This document shows positions 50,639-63,574 of a stretch of 64,000 nucleotides of DNA, in pieces (position 1 is the first letter of the stretch; every line of letters starts with the position of its first letter). The notes under the pieces are model-generated. The model ran no database searches and was not told the origin of the DNA. It saw only the letters and a list, made by a program, of their open reading frames with translations. Source of the DNA: Torpedo marmorata (lineage: Eukaryota); NCBI GenBank assembly GCA_977017645.1, contig OZ360224.1:30628001-30692000 (forward strand), in the 5' to 3' direction. The position numbers were made by a program, and so were the translations under genes.

Positions 50639-53600
50639 TTTCCACAATCTTAAAAGGAAGATTAGGTGCATTCAAAGGGAAAAGTTCACTTTTATGCAGA
50701 TTTAATCTATATCCTGAAAACTGACTAAATTGAGAAAGTATTTATAGCATAGATGGTAAGGAAGTGTCAGGGCTTGATAAGAAAAGCAAAAGATCATCCG
50801 CATAAAGGGAAACTTTATGTTCAATTCCCTTCCTACAAATCCCTGAAATATCCTCGGACTCTCTAAATGCAATCGCTAATGGCTCTATGGCCAAATCAAA
50901 GAGTAATGGACTTAGAGGACATCCTTGATAGGTTCCCCGTTGGAGATTGAAAGGTTGTGACTGTTGAAAATTAGTGAGAATTGAAGCCATAGGGCATGAA
51001 TACAATAATTTAATCCATGAAATAAAACATGGTCCAAAATAGAATTTTTCTAAGATCGTAAATAAATACATCCATTCAACTTGATCAAACACTTTCTCTG
51101 CATCAAGGGAAAGAACACATTTAGGAGCCGCATTGGAAGGTAAATATAAAATATCCAATAAGCGACGTATATTAAAATAAGAGTAACGGTTTTTAATAAA
51201 ACCAGTCTGAGCTTCAGAAATGATAGATGGTAAAATATTCTCCAATCTATGGGCAAAAAATTTAGGCAAAATTTTTACATCTACATTTAATAAAGAAATT
51301 GGCCTGTGGGAGGAGCACTCAGTTGGATCTTTACCTTTCTTTACTATGAGAGATTTACACGCTTCGTTAAATGTTGCTGGGAGATTACCCTGCCTAAACG
51401 AATCAGATAACACAGAACTTAATTGAGGTGAAAGCAATTGAGAAAATGATTTGAAAAACTCCACATGAAACCCATCAGGTCCTGGAGCTCTTCCAGAATG
51501 CAATGAAGAAATTGCAGCAGCTATTTCCTCTTGCGATATAGGCTAATCTAGTCTCGTTTGGTCATCCGAAGAAAGCGTGGGAATATTTAAGCGATCCAGG
51601 AAACTATTCATCAAACTGCTATCATTTGTGAATTCAGAAGTATAAAGTCGGGAATAAAATTTACGGAATGTATCATTTATCTCAGAATGATCTGTAATAA
51701 TGTTACAATCCTCCTTTCGAATCTTTGTAATTAGCCGCTTGGCTTCAAAACCTCTCAACTGATTAGCTAAAAGCCTACCAGATTTATCACCATGAATATA
51801 AAACTGACTCTTACTCTTTAACAGTTGCCATTCAATCGGATACGTCGAAAGGAGATCAAATTTAGTTTGAAGTTCAACTTGCTTTTTATATAACAGGATT
51901 TTTAGTTTGAGCATATTGTTGATCTATTTGTTTAATTTGATTAACTAATTCTAATCTTTCTTTATTGGCCTTCCTTTTTATATTCACAATATAAGAAATA
52001 ATTTGCCCCCTCAGAAAAGCTTTCAAAGCATCCCAAACAATCAAACTAGAAGTTTCTGATGAAGTATTTGTATCAAAGAAAAAAGTTATCTGCTACTCCA
52101 TAAATTTCACAAAGTCATTACCTGATAGCAAACTCGATTTGAAATGCCAACGTCTTTTAATTTGAGGGAGGCTAGGAAGAGTCATAGATAATACAAAAGG
52201 GGCATGATCTTATATTACTATACTCTGATAATTACAAAAACGAGTCAGTGGGATCAGTTGATTATCAATAAGAAAATAATCAATTCACGAATAAGTTTGA
52301 TGAATGTGTGAAAAGTAAGAATACTCTCTCCTATTTGGATAAAGAAAACGGCAAACATCAGAAATACCATAATTTGATAAAAAAGAATGAATCAATAAGA
52401 CAGATTTACTCATTGTGGTAGGGTTAAGAGACGAGCGATCCAAAGCAGGGTCTAACCAACAGTTAAAATCCCACCAAGTACCAGAGAGGATAAACTCAAG
52501 TAAGGAAGAAAAAAAAACATTCAAAAAACCCCACCTCATCTACATTAGGGGCATAAATATTAGCAAAAACTACTATTTTATTATACAATTTCCCTGAAAC
52601 AATGACATAACGACCATTTGTATCTGATACAACATTGTGATGAACAAAAGGAATATTATGATTAATAAGAATCGAGACCCCCCCTGGCTTTAGCCTTAAA
52701 GGAGGAATGAAAATGCTGCCCCCTCCACCTTGTCATGAGGCAGGAATTATCACAACTACGAATATGCGTTTCTTGTAAAAAAATACAATAGTAGCTTTAA
52801 GTTGTTTAATTCTTCTCTTAACCAGATGATTCAAACCTTTTACGTTCCAACTAAGGAAAATTAATAGAATTATCCATACTTTTTCATGAATAATGTAAGT
52901 TGGTTAGCACAAGTAATATCCAGACTCCAGGTGTCAGCCTTGAGGCAAAGATTTGAAACTGGTACTAAATTGTAAATATCCCTTACAAGGTCAGAATTTG
53001 TACAGATTCCTAAAGCCATAACAACCTTGAGAAAACAACCCCACACCCTCCCCCCCTCCCTCCAACCCCAAAGCCAGACAGCTGCTAAAGATGTCAACAG
53101 CAGGCTCTTCAAAACAATCCATTTTGCACCCAAATAAATCTTCCTGCTGGACATGTTATATCTAGCTCCATTCCTGTTAATGTAAATATAATCAGCTCTT
53201 CCAAACGATACATAATTCTATTATGACTACACCCAAAAAAAAAAGAGTTCTTTTAAAATTTCTCATGTAACTTTAAAAAGTATATGATAAAGTAAAAATT
53301 TGAATCATTATTACTAAAAGAAAAATGAATGTAAAATTCTCAATATTCTTCTCTCAGTTTTCTTCTCGTAAAAAATTCAATAGCTCAATGAATTTAATAC
53401 AAGAAAAATACTCCATGAATACAACCCTAGTAGGTTTATTACCCCATAAAAAAAAATTGCCTGGGAAAATAAAGCCAGCCAGTCATCGACCAACAAATAT
53501 TATGTAACAAGTGTTAGAAACCTTAAAAGTAATAATAGACAATCATCTTCAGTCATCAGGTAGAAATTCACACTGGGCACGATGTAGAAGGGAGATCATC

Positions 53601-54722
53601 TAGGTAGATCCGAGCCTCTTCAACCGAGCGCAGCCACTCCTTGTGTCCATTAGAAAGTGTAACGCGGAGATGCGCGGGATACATCAAGGAAGGTGTAAGA
53701 GCCGTAGGCTTGGTTACTTACCTTAATCGCGGCGTTCCAATGGTCTCAGCGAGGTTCGGAGGAGACACGGAGATTAGTAGGACGTGCTGGGACTATTGAG
53801 TATTCTGCGCATGCGCTAGAGTGCCGATGGGCACATGCGCAGTTGGGAAGTGACGGCAGTATGCGCGGTGGAGTATGTGCAGTTGGAGCATGCGCGAATC
53901 GGGGAAGAAGGAGTATAAAATATGGCGACCAAGGAGGGTGAGTGAGATCGCCATATCTTTCATTGACCGTCAAAAGAATGTTTAATATAACGTTTAAAGG
54001 ACATTTAAAGTAACATTTTAAAGGATCGTTTAAAGAACGTTTAAATGAGTGTTAAAGGAATCGTTTAAAGGAAGTTTATAGACGTTTTGAAGAATCGTTA
54101 TTAAGCATCGTTATCAAGAATTGTTTACATTTCATTAAAGAAGATATTTAAGTTATTGAAGATTGCTACAAGTTATCATGTGTTAATAAACATTTTGAGC
54201 ATATTGGACTTTGTTAGTAAATTAATTGAAACGCGTCAAGAACAAGTATCTCACCTAGCCTCCAAGTGATTATTTGTTGGATTGAAGTCACTATATGTTA
54301 CTCAATGAAAGAATTATTGTTTGGAACAGAAAATTGAAGGAAAGAAGATAGAATAATCTCTCTGTGCTTTGGACTGATATTTAAAATAAAATGGTGGCCA
54401 TCTTGGAAATGCCTCGAGTTAGGGGCAGTTTGTAATCCATATCCATCTGCCATGAATAACAGCCAGAAAGGGATTTAGAGCTTCAAATCTTATAGTAAAG
54501 TGTCCTATAAATAAGTTGGAGAAACCATTTCTGGAAAATCAGCGATATTATTGACGGATGTTGTGGTGGAAACTCGTTTGTGAATAGCAGCACATTACAG
54601 TCATCTGAAGTGGTAGGCATAAGTCTGTGGACTCCTGTGTATCTTTGGCAAGTTAGAACACAGATTGGATTTGCTGCCGCTAGTCCATTGGGGACTGTTG
54701 ATTTGGCTAGTGTTGTGTATGC

Positions 54723-56098
54723 TTTTTTAAAAAAAAAATTTATTTAAAATTTTTAATCACAAGATAGTACATGTTTATAAATTTCAGAAATATCAAAATA
54801 CATGTGATATATTTTCACCCTCCCCTCCCTTCCCCCTCCCTTCCTAACCCTACTACTCTAATAAAAAAAAAGAGAAGGAAAAAAAAGGATAGTGGAGAAT
54901 GTCAATCTAAAAGAAAACAACTATACATTAATTTTATTGTGGAACACAGGTTTGCCAGTCAGACCAGATGGCAAGAGATCTTCAAATCTTTAAACCCACA
55001 GTTTTTATATATGGGCTCCATACCCTCAAAAAGAAATGATATTTATTACTTAAATTATAAGTAATTTTTTCAAGTGGTATGCATGAACGAAGTTCTGCAT
55101 GCCATCTTTCTAACCCTAAATCTACATCAGATTTCCATGTAATAGCAATGCATTTCTTTGAAACAGCCAAAGCAATTTGCAAAAATTCTATTTGGTACAT
55201 ATTTAATCTCATTTTAATACTAATTCTTTTAATATCTCCAAACAGAAATATCATAGGATTCATTGGGAGTGTAATTCTTAATACTTTGTCTGAAAACTTT
55301 TTAACTTTCAACCAAAAAGCATGTATCTTTGGACAAAACCACGTAGAATGTATAAAGGAACTTTCTTCCCTATTACATCTGAAACATAAATCTGATAATC
55401 TCGAGTGAAATTTCTTTAATTTCTTAGGCGTTAAATATAATTGATGCAAAAAATTATATTGTACTAACCTATATCTAACATTAATAATTTTAGTCATACT
55501 TTGTTTACATATTTCTTTCCAATGTTCCTCATCTATTGTTATATTCAAATCTGATTCCCATTTTAATCTTCATTTATGAATTCCTGGTTTAGGCATTTTT
55601 TTCTGTAACAATTTATACATTTGAGAAATAAATTTATTTATACCCCTATTAGTAACTAGTAACTCCAATTCACTTTGCCTTGGTAAAATTAAACTATGAC
55701 CCAACCTTTTAACTAAAAATGCTCTCATTTGATAATAAGCAAAAAGTATTATTTAGTACATTAAACTTCTCTTTCATTCTTTGAAAAGTGATAAATTTAC
55801 TAGCTTCAAAACAATCACTTACTTTTTTAATCCGATTTTGAAACCAAATTTTAAACAAATGATTATCCATAGTAAATGGGATAAGTTTATTTTGATACAA
55901 AGGCATTTTACAAGAAACTAACCCTTTCCCTCCTATCTCCCTATCCACTTTATTCCATATTTCTAACAAATGCTTTAAAATAAGAGAGTGTTTACCTCCT
56001 CTTAATAGCAATTTGGAATTCCATTTATAAATAACTTCTTCTTTTGAATCTTCTCCCATATTATTTAATTCTATTCTAATCCAAGCAGAAGATTTTTC
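54723..56098 (-). mobile_element. 5'-truncated L1 (same family as 48990-50638) inside BEL copy 2; the 5' part of gag is missing at this point
   Basis: Colinear high similarity to about 48990-50340; no TSD found. Confidence 0.9.
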
Positions 56099-57666
56099 TG
56101 ATTTACAAGAAAATTACAATCGAAGAGCTACCTTAAAAGACTTGGTAAATTTTCTTGAACGACAGGTGTACATTGAAACAGATCCAATATATGGAAATAC
56201 CAGAGACAATTCAATGGGAAACAAAGATGAAAAGAGTCCAACTCACAGCCTCATCCGAAATTGAAAAGGAGTACTTTTGCTACTAATGTGTCAGTTATAA
56301 ATAAAGAAAAAGATAAAGTAAATAAGGAAAAGGAAAGTTTGACTAATGAGAAGAGTTGTTTGTTCTGTAAAGGCGGACATACTTTGGAAATGTGTTTACA
56401 GCTGGAAAAGAAGGAACATAATGAGAAGATCGCTTTCTTAAAGGAAAATGGAATATGTTTCAGCTGTCTGTGTAAAGGGCACATCAGTAAAAACTGTAAG
56501 AAGCGACTTAACTCTAACATATGCAATTTGAAACATCCTAGAATGTTGTATATCCATCAAAGAAAGAAGGAATTGGAAAAGGAGCAAACAGAAACAAAGG
56601 AAACAACAGAAAACAATGTTATAACCTCGGTTCAGACAAGTAGTCTGACCGGGGCCGGTACAGATAACTGCAAACTTTCAATAGTGCCTGTACAAGTCAA
56701 GACCAAGAAAAGGGGATGCAACAGTACATACATATGCATTTCTCGACCCAGGCAGTACTGCATCGTTTTGCAAGAAAGGACTAATGAACAAACTTAATAT
56801 TCAAGGAAGAAGGTCAAGAATTATGTTGAAAACCATGGGACAAGAAAAGGTCATTGAAACCAGCATTGTTTCAGGCTTAGAGGTTGCTGGATAGGATGAC
56901 AAAAAATTTTGTGATCTTCCAAGCTTATATACTCAGAAGACTATGCCTGTGCACGAAGGAAACATTCCGCATCAAAATGATTTCCATCATTTGTCTTATC
57001 TGTGGAAGGTTTATTTACCTGAAGTTAACTGAGATAGAAATGCTGATTGGGTCAGATGTGCCAAAGGTTTTGGAACCACTAGAAGTAATACGGAGTAGAG
57101 GGAGTGGACCATACGCTATTAGAACCAAGCTTGGTTGGACAATCAATGGACCACTGGAAAGAAATAATGATATTGCTAAGGAAAAGTTAGCGATAAATAT
57201 TAATAGGATTTTGGTTGTGAAAGTTGATGAGTTAAGGGAAGAGCAAAAGACTGTGAATAAGAAAGTCACTTTTGAAGAAAAGAAAACAGATCAATGTGAA
57301 AATAAATCAAAGGTATTAAAAACAACATTGAAGGAATTATGTTCATCAGAAATGGATGAAAATTAAGTATTAGAAGATGTTGCAAATAATACTAGTGATT
57401 ATTCCTGTGTAATTGAATCAGAGGCAGGAATAAAACAAGTGACTGAGAACAAATTTGAAAGTAGATTTTGTAGTTCAGAGGTTTCAGCAGACAAAGTCCA
57501 TGAAGAAATGTTGCAATGTGATGTAAAACTGGAGAACGCAGAAAATTGTGCTGATGGAATAAAGAAGAATGTGAATGATAATTTAATGCAATTGAATTCA
57601 GAGAACAAAATGTTGAAAAGGGAATTGGAAATATTAGATAATCATGAAAACAGTAAACATAAAGAT

Positions 57667-58103
57667 TTAATTGTAAGTAAAATTCGCAGTCAGAAAGCGG
57701 AAGAAAAGTATGACTGCTGAAGAAATAAATACAGTTATTCAGGAAAGAGATTGAGCATTATCAAAATGTAAAAGATTGGAGGAAGAGATTAATATTTTGA
57801 AAGAGAACAAGTTATTGGTTAATAACACAAAAGTTGATTATAGAAAACAATCAAGAATGTAAATTGAAGGTTCAGCTACTAACAATGCAGAAAGAAAGTG
57901 ATATTGTATTGCAGAAATGTAACAAGCAAGATGAAGAAATTCAAAAATTTCACAGCAGGGTTGACAATAGAAATACTAATGTATCACATGATATTTTCAC
58001 TTCAGATCAAGTTATTAATTTCTCGGAAGGAACTGAGACTGAATTGAAAGTTGCAAAATTTTATTTGGAATTGCAGGAAAAGGTAATAGAAACCAGAGTG
58101 GTT
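57667..58103 (+). pseudogene. Second copy of the permuted MIPOL1-like segment, in BEL copy 2
   Basis: MTAEEINTVIQERD*ALSKCKRLEEE..ENNQECKLK..EEIQKFH|SRVDNR..FTSDQVINFSE..LELQEKVIETRVV, with frameshifts and an internal deletion. Confidence 0.82.
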
Positions 58104-59375
58104 AAAGAGACTCGTTTATTAAAATCGAGAGGATCAGATAATTATTCAAATTCTGGTTCTAAGAGTTTAAATTCTTCACATGAGAAATGGAATACTGAAG
58201 AAAGGAATAAAGTGAAACGACATGCTGAAGAAGTGCCTCGTGTTAAATTCAAAAGAAAAGCTGTATCTATTTTGTCTGAGGAAGATTTGAGGTTTACTGG
58301 TCAACATTCTAACTCAAAGATTCTGGAGATAAAAGAACTTTGATAAATACAAACTGACTTTATGTTGTTGTTGTATACTACACAGGTTACAGACTTTTAT
58401 TGATCCAGAGTTATGGTAAACTCTGGTTTTATGAAGAAAGAAGAATTGTATATTGTTTGAATGTTATATGGTTATTGTTATTTATAAATGATTGTGTAAT
58501 TATTATTTAAGACATTGCGTCTAATTATAATAATTAGGGGCCGGTGTAAGAGCCGTAGGCTTGGTTACTTACCTTAATCGCGGCGTTCCGATGGTCTCAG
58601 CGGGGTTCGGAGGAGACACAGAGATTAGTAGGCCGTGCTGGGACTACTGAGTATTCTGCGCATGCGCTAGAGTGCCGACGGGCGCATGCGCAGTTGGGAA
58701 GTGACGGCAGTATGCGCGGTGGAGTATGCGCAGTGGAGTATGCGCGAATCGGGGAAGAAGGAGTATAAAATATGGCGACCAAGGAGGGTGAGTGAGATCG
58801 CCATATCTTTCATTGACCGTCAAAAGAATGTTTAATATAACGTTTAAAGGACATTTAAAGTAATGTTTTAAAGGATCGTTTAAAGAACGTTTAAATGAGT
58901 GTTAAAGGAATCGTTTAAAGGAAGTTTATAGACGTTTTGAAGAATCGTTATTAAGCATCGTTATCAAGAATAGTTTATATTTCATTAAAGAAGATATTTA
59001 AGTTATTGAAGATTGCTACAAGTCATCATGTGTTAATAAACATTTTGAAGATATTGGACTTTGTTCGTAAATTAATTGAAACGCGTCAAGAACAAGTATC
59101 TCACCTAGCCTCCAAGTGACTATTTGTTGGATTGAAGTCACTATAGAAGGCTTGGAACCACGCTTGTACAACTCTGACATTATTTCTCTGTATTTGGCGC
59201 GCTGCTTCATAATTTCGGGACAGTAATCTTCTACAATCCTGATCTGCTGGCCGCAATAATTGAGTTTCCCTCTTCGACGAGCTTCACGAATCAAAGAATC
59301 CTTTATTTGATAATGATGTAGCCGAAGAATAACCGAGCACGGTCTCTGCTCCAGAGCCGGCTTAGGACTTTTCCT

Positions 59376-60565
59376 CCACAATCTCCATCAGTACCGGAGC
59401 ACCACAGGGCTGTGTTCTAGCCCTCTGCTCTACTCACTTTACAACTACGACTGTGTAGCTCGGTATGACAATAACACCATCTACAAATTTGCCGACGATA
59501 CCACGGTAGTAGGTTGTATAAAGGAAGGAAGGGGATGAGTCAGCACACAGGATGGAGATTGAAAACCTGGCTGAATGGTGCACCAACAACAACCTTGCAC
59601 TCAATGTCACCAAAACTAAGGAGCTGATTGTTGACTTCAGGAAAGGAAAGCCAGATGTATACAATCCAGTGATCATTTGGGGTATCAGAGGTGGAGAGGG
59701 TGAGCAAATTTGGTTCTTGGGAGTCACTATCTCCAAGGATCTTTCCTGGACCCAACACACCAATGGCATCATGAAGAAAGCAGGTCAGCGCCTCTACTTC
59801 CTCAGGAGATTGCAGAGGTTTGGTATGACACCAGAAACCCTGGCAAATTTCTACAGATGTGTGGTGGAAAGTATGCTGACCAGCTGCATCACGGTCTGGT
59901 ATGGGAACACCAACACCCCTGAGCGTAAAGCCCTCCAAAAGGTAGTGGACACAGCCCAGGACATTACTGGCAAAACCCTCCCCACTATTGAGTACATCTA
60001 CAGGAATGTTGGTTATGTATTTCTACCTTTGCTACATAAAAGACACTGTTTGACCTGCTGAGTTCTCCAGCTTTTGTGTTTTTTACTTCAACCACGGTGT
60101 CTACAGATTTTCGTGTTTACTTTTTTACATCTACAGGGAACGCTGCCGTCGGAGGGCAGCAGCAATCATCAAAGACCCACACCACCCAGCACATGCTCTG
60201 TTCTCACTGCTGCCATGAGGAAAGAGGTATAGGTGCCACAAGGCTCGCACCACCAGGTTTCGGAACAGCTGCTACCCCTCTACCATCAGAATCCTCAACG
60301 ACAAAGTCAAATTGGAGACTCATTTAAGGACTCTTATTCACGCACTTTATTGATTTTTCTTTGCTGTCTCTGTATTGCAGTCAGTTCCATTTTCAGTTTC
60401 ATTCGTTACCTGTTAGCAGTTCTTTTGATTGTTTACATGTTTACGCTGTGTACAGTTTACTTTTGCACTTCCAATTAGTGGTAATTCTGCTGCGCCCGCA
60501 GGAAAAAGAATCTCATGTGACTATTGTCAGAGTATGTACTCTGACAGTAAATCTGAAATCCGAGG
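59376..60565 (+). mobile_element. Rex1/Babar-like LINE 3' fragment nested in L1 ORF1
   Basis: [30 protein letters not shown]; tail CTGACAGTAAATCTGAAATC. Confidence 0.88.
60007..60125. repeat. Short Penelope-derived-type repeat inserted in the Rex element
   Basis: Flanked by the direct repeat TACATCTACAGG(G)AA (from 59993 and from 60126); contains TGACCTGCTGAGTTCTCCAGC. Confidence 0.75.
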
Positions 60566-62039
60566 TTTGAAAGAACGGTGAGCTCTATCAATCTCTGGCA
60601 GAGATGGAAGCAGCTCCTTCCCAAAAACCACGCAAAGCAACTCCGAAAATATTTCTGTAGATTCAGCCAAACCCAGAATTCGTAAATTCTGTCGTCTGCT
60701 CCTGCCTTCTCAGTCAACGACTTTCGCCGTTAGCTTCAAATTGCTGTCGCTTAATCTGGAGCATACATTTTCCACATAAGTGATTAAATTCTTGCTCAAC
60801 AGATGACAAACGTTCACCGTGTTCCTCGGCTAATCTCCGGATTTGGTCAAGATTAGTATTAATCTGACCCAAGATATCTTTAAAATCGTCAGCTAACGAC
60901 TGTCTGTGCTGATTCAGTAGATCAGTAATAGCCTCCATAGTTAGATTAGTTGGCACTTCTTCTTTCTTCCCTGATTTGCCACTTCTTGTAGCCATTTTAA
61001 TGCAAGTATAAGTAGAAGAAAGAAAAGGCGAGTAATATGAAACACTTTGGTTGTAAAATAAAGAACCAAATAGATGGAAGAAACGTAAAGTAAGCAGGAG
61101 CATCAGACTGCTGCTGCTACACCACGCTGCAGTCCTCTATTGTTTTAAATGGATACAACTTTGTCAAATTTTTTGTGTAGTAATGATAAATGTTTATAGC
61201 CAATTTCTAACACAATTTAATTGAAAGAATTCCATTCCAGTGACCTGGTGGACAAATCCGTTACAGGGTGATAGCTTCTATTAAAGACCATAAGTTCTCT
61301 GGTTGTGTTAAGTTCTGTATTCTACAATTTGGAAATGACAAACAGTTGATTAACCGCGAGTCAGAATTCACTGCAACTCCAGCCAACAATTCTTGAGTGG
61401 AAGTCAGAACAAGATTGGGTTTAATCAGGTCACCCCATAATTGACAATTAGCACCCTAAATCTTGCTGTATTGCTTATGGATAATGAGTGGCCATTTCAC
61501 AGAGTTAGGGAAGTCTGCCAATGATTTTAACAGTGGGTGTCAGTTACTGTTTCCACCAGGGAAATATATATTTTAAAAGGAAACCAGGGAAAAATATATA
61601 TGCCAAGTTTGTTTTCAAATATTAAACATGTTCCAATTGATTCACCTTATTCTCCTCAAAAGAAAGTATTTACATTAAACCTTTACTGTTACACACAACC
61701 CCAGGCATTTCACAGGAGCAAATAAAGAAATATTAACATCGATCCACCTTAGATTTACTTGGGCAGATTTTAAGGAGCATTTTAAAAGAGAAGCAGATGC
61801 ACTGGGAGGAAATTCCACAACCTTTAAAAATAAGGATAGGAATTTCAAAACCAAGTCACTGCTTCTCAGGAATCATCTGAAGTCAACAAGCACTCATGTA
61901 ATGGGAAATTTGTAATTTCTCTCCATTTAGATAACAATCTTCATTTTGATTCCTCTTACTGAGATGCATAACCTAACACTTTCTTGTATTAAACTCCATT
62001 TTGCCCACTCACTCAACTCATCTGTATCTTGTTGAAGAA

Positions 62040-62562
62040 TCCAAATAAGGAGATGATCGTGGACTTCAGGAGGTCACATCAATAACTGTAGTGGAGAGAG
62101 TAGAGAGCACCAAGTTCCTTGGAGTCCACTTAACTAGTGACCTATCGTAGACACACATCTCCTCACTTGTCAGGAACGCGCAACAGCGACTGCACTTCCT
62201 GAGAAGACTGAAGCGGGCAAGGCTACAGGAGCTCTATCGAGAGTGTCCTGGCCGGCTGCATCACAGTGTGGTACGGTTGCTGCAGAGCAATGGATGGGAG
62301 GTCAATCCACAGGACCATAAGAGTGACAGAGAGGATCATTGGGGTCTCCCTCCTCCCCATCAATGTGATCCACAGGGATCGTTGTCTGAAGAGGGCGTAC
62401 AAAATCATTGAGGCCCCCTACCACCCCGCATACAGCATCTTTCAGCCACTCCCGTCGGGAAAGAGATACAGGAGTATCAGAGCCAGCACCATCAGGCTGA
62501 GAAACAGCTTCTTCCCACGGACAGTGAGAATGCTGAACGACCAATGGAACTGCTCACACTAA
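62040..62562 (+). mobile_element. Rex1/Babar-like LINE fragment inside a CR1 remnant
   Basis: KFLGVHL, AQQRLHFLRRLK, LPSGKRYRSIR. Confidence 0.8.
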
Positions 62563-62639
62563 CCATCTTCAGGTTCCTCTCTATTGATTCTACTTGTTAT
62601 ATCCTCAAAGAACTTGAGCAAATTTGTTAAACAGGATTG

Positions 62640-63420
62640 GTTGTTCATTATTGTCATGTATACGAAGATACAGTGAACAATTTTGCTGTGCGTGCTATCC
62701 AGGCAAGTCAACCTATACATAGCACAACAGGTTTGCAAGAATAGAAACACATGAGCCAGGGATAGTGCAGGCTATAATGTCACATGAAACAAAAAGTGCA
62801 TGGTATCGTGTTAAAGAGAAAAGTAAAGTTAAATAGTGCAAGGTTTTGGTAATGGGAGGTCCATTCAAGAACCTGATAACAACAGGAAAGAAACTGTCCT
62901 TGAATCTGGTGTGTGTTTTCAAACTCATGCATCTTTTGCCAACAGGAGGGGGAAAAGAGAGTGACTAGGGTGTGATGTGACCTTCAACATGTTGGGTGCT
63001 TTTCGGAGGAAGCCAGAGATGAAGTCAGAGTCGACGGAGGGGTGTTTGCTCTGTATGATGGCCTGAGCTGCATTCACAACTCTGTGGTTTCTTGCAATTT
63101 TGAGCAGAGCAAATCCCATATCAAGCTGTGATGCATCCAGACAGAAGAGTTTCTATGGTGCATCTATTAAACTTGGTGAAGTACACTGGGAACATTCTGA
63201 ACTTCCTTAGTCTCTGAGGAAGTAGAGGTGTTGGTGTGCTCTCTTGACCCTAGGGTCTACATAGTTGGATCAGGACAGGATGCTGGTGATAACTATTCCC
63301 CCAAAAAATATGATAGCATTCTACCATCGCCCCTACAGCTCTATTGATACAGATGGTGAGGTGTGCTCCACCCCACTTCCTGGTCAATGACCAGTTCCTT
63401 AGTTTTGCTGACATTTCCCT
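62640..63420 (-). mobile_element. Older Rex1/Babar-like LINE 3' fragment
   Basis: RFKDSFFPVVIRFLNG remnant; GACAATAA tail. Confidence 0.7.
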
Positions 63421-63574
63421 TGGTTTACTCTTAGATTTACTAGTTTCATAACCGCAGTAAAGGAGCCTACTCTATGGATTCACATATTTAAAAGACACAA
63501 TTTCACCAGCTCACATCACCATTCATATTACATCATGGCTTGAAAGATCAAGCCCTGAAGTTATAGTACATAAA

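Larger units (their letters stand above)
53694..59145 (+). mobile_element. BEL/Pao LTR retrotransposon copy 2, non-autonomous, inserted in L1 ORF1
   Basis: LTRs 53694-54295 and 58545-59145 (about 97% identical by hand count); 5-bp TSD GAAGG (53689-53693, 59146-59150); AATTAGGGGCCGG before the 3' LTR; gag knuckles and FLDPGS protease at 56100-57230. Confidence 0.94.
46461..61136 (-). mobile_element. Full-length L1-clade LINE (ORF1+ORF2, decayed), expanded to 14.7 kb by nested insertions
   Basis: 10-bp TSD CTATTGTTTT (46451-46460, 61137-61146); ORF1 from ATG 60995; ORF2 from ATG 52877 (SWNVKGLNH, GDFN-like, QGCPLSP, YADD, C-x2-C..H..C); A-rich 3' end. Confidence 0.92.
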
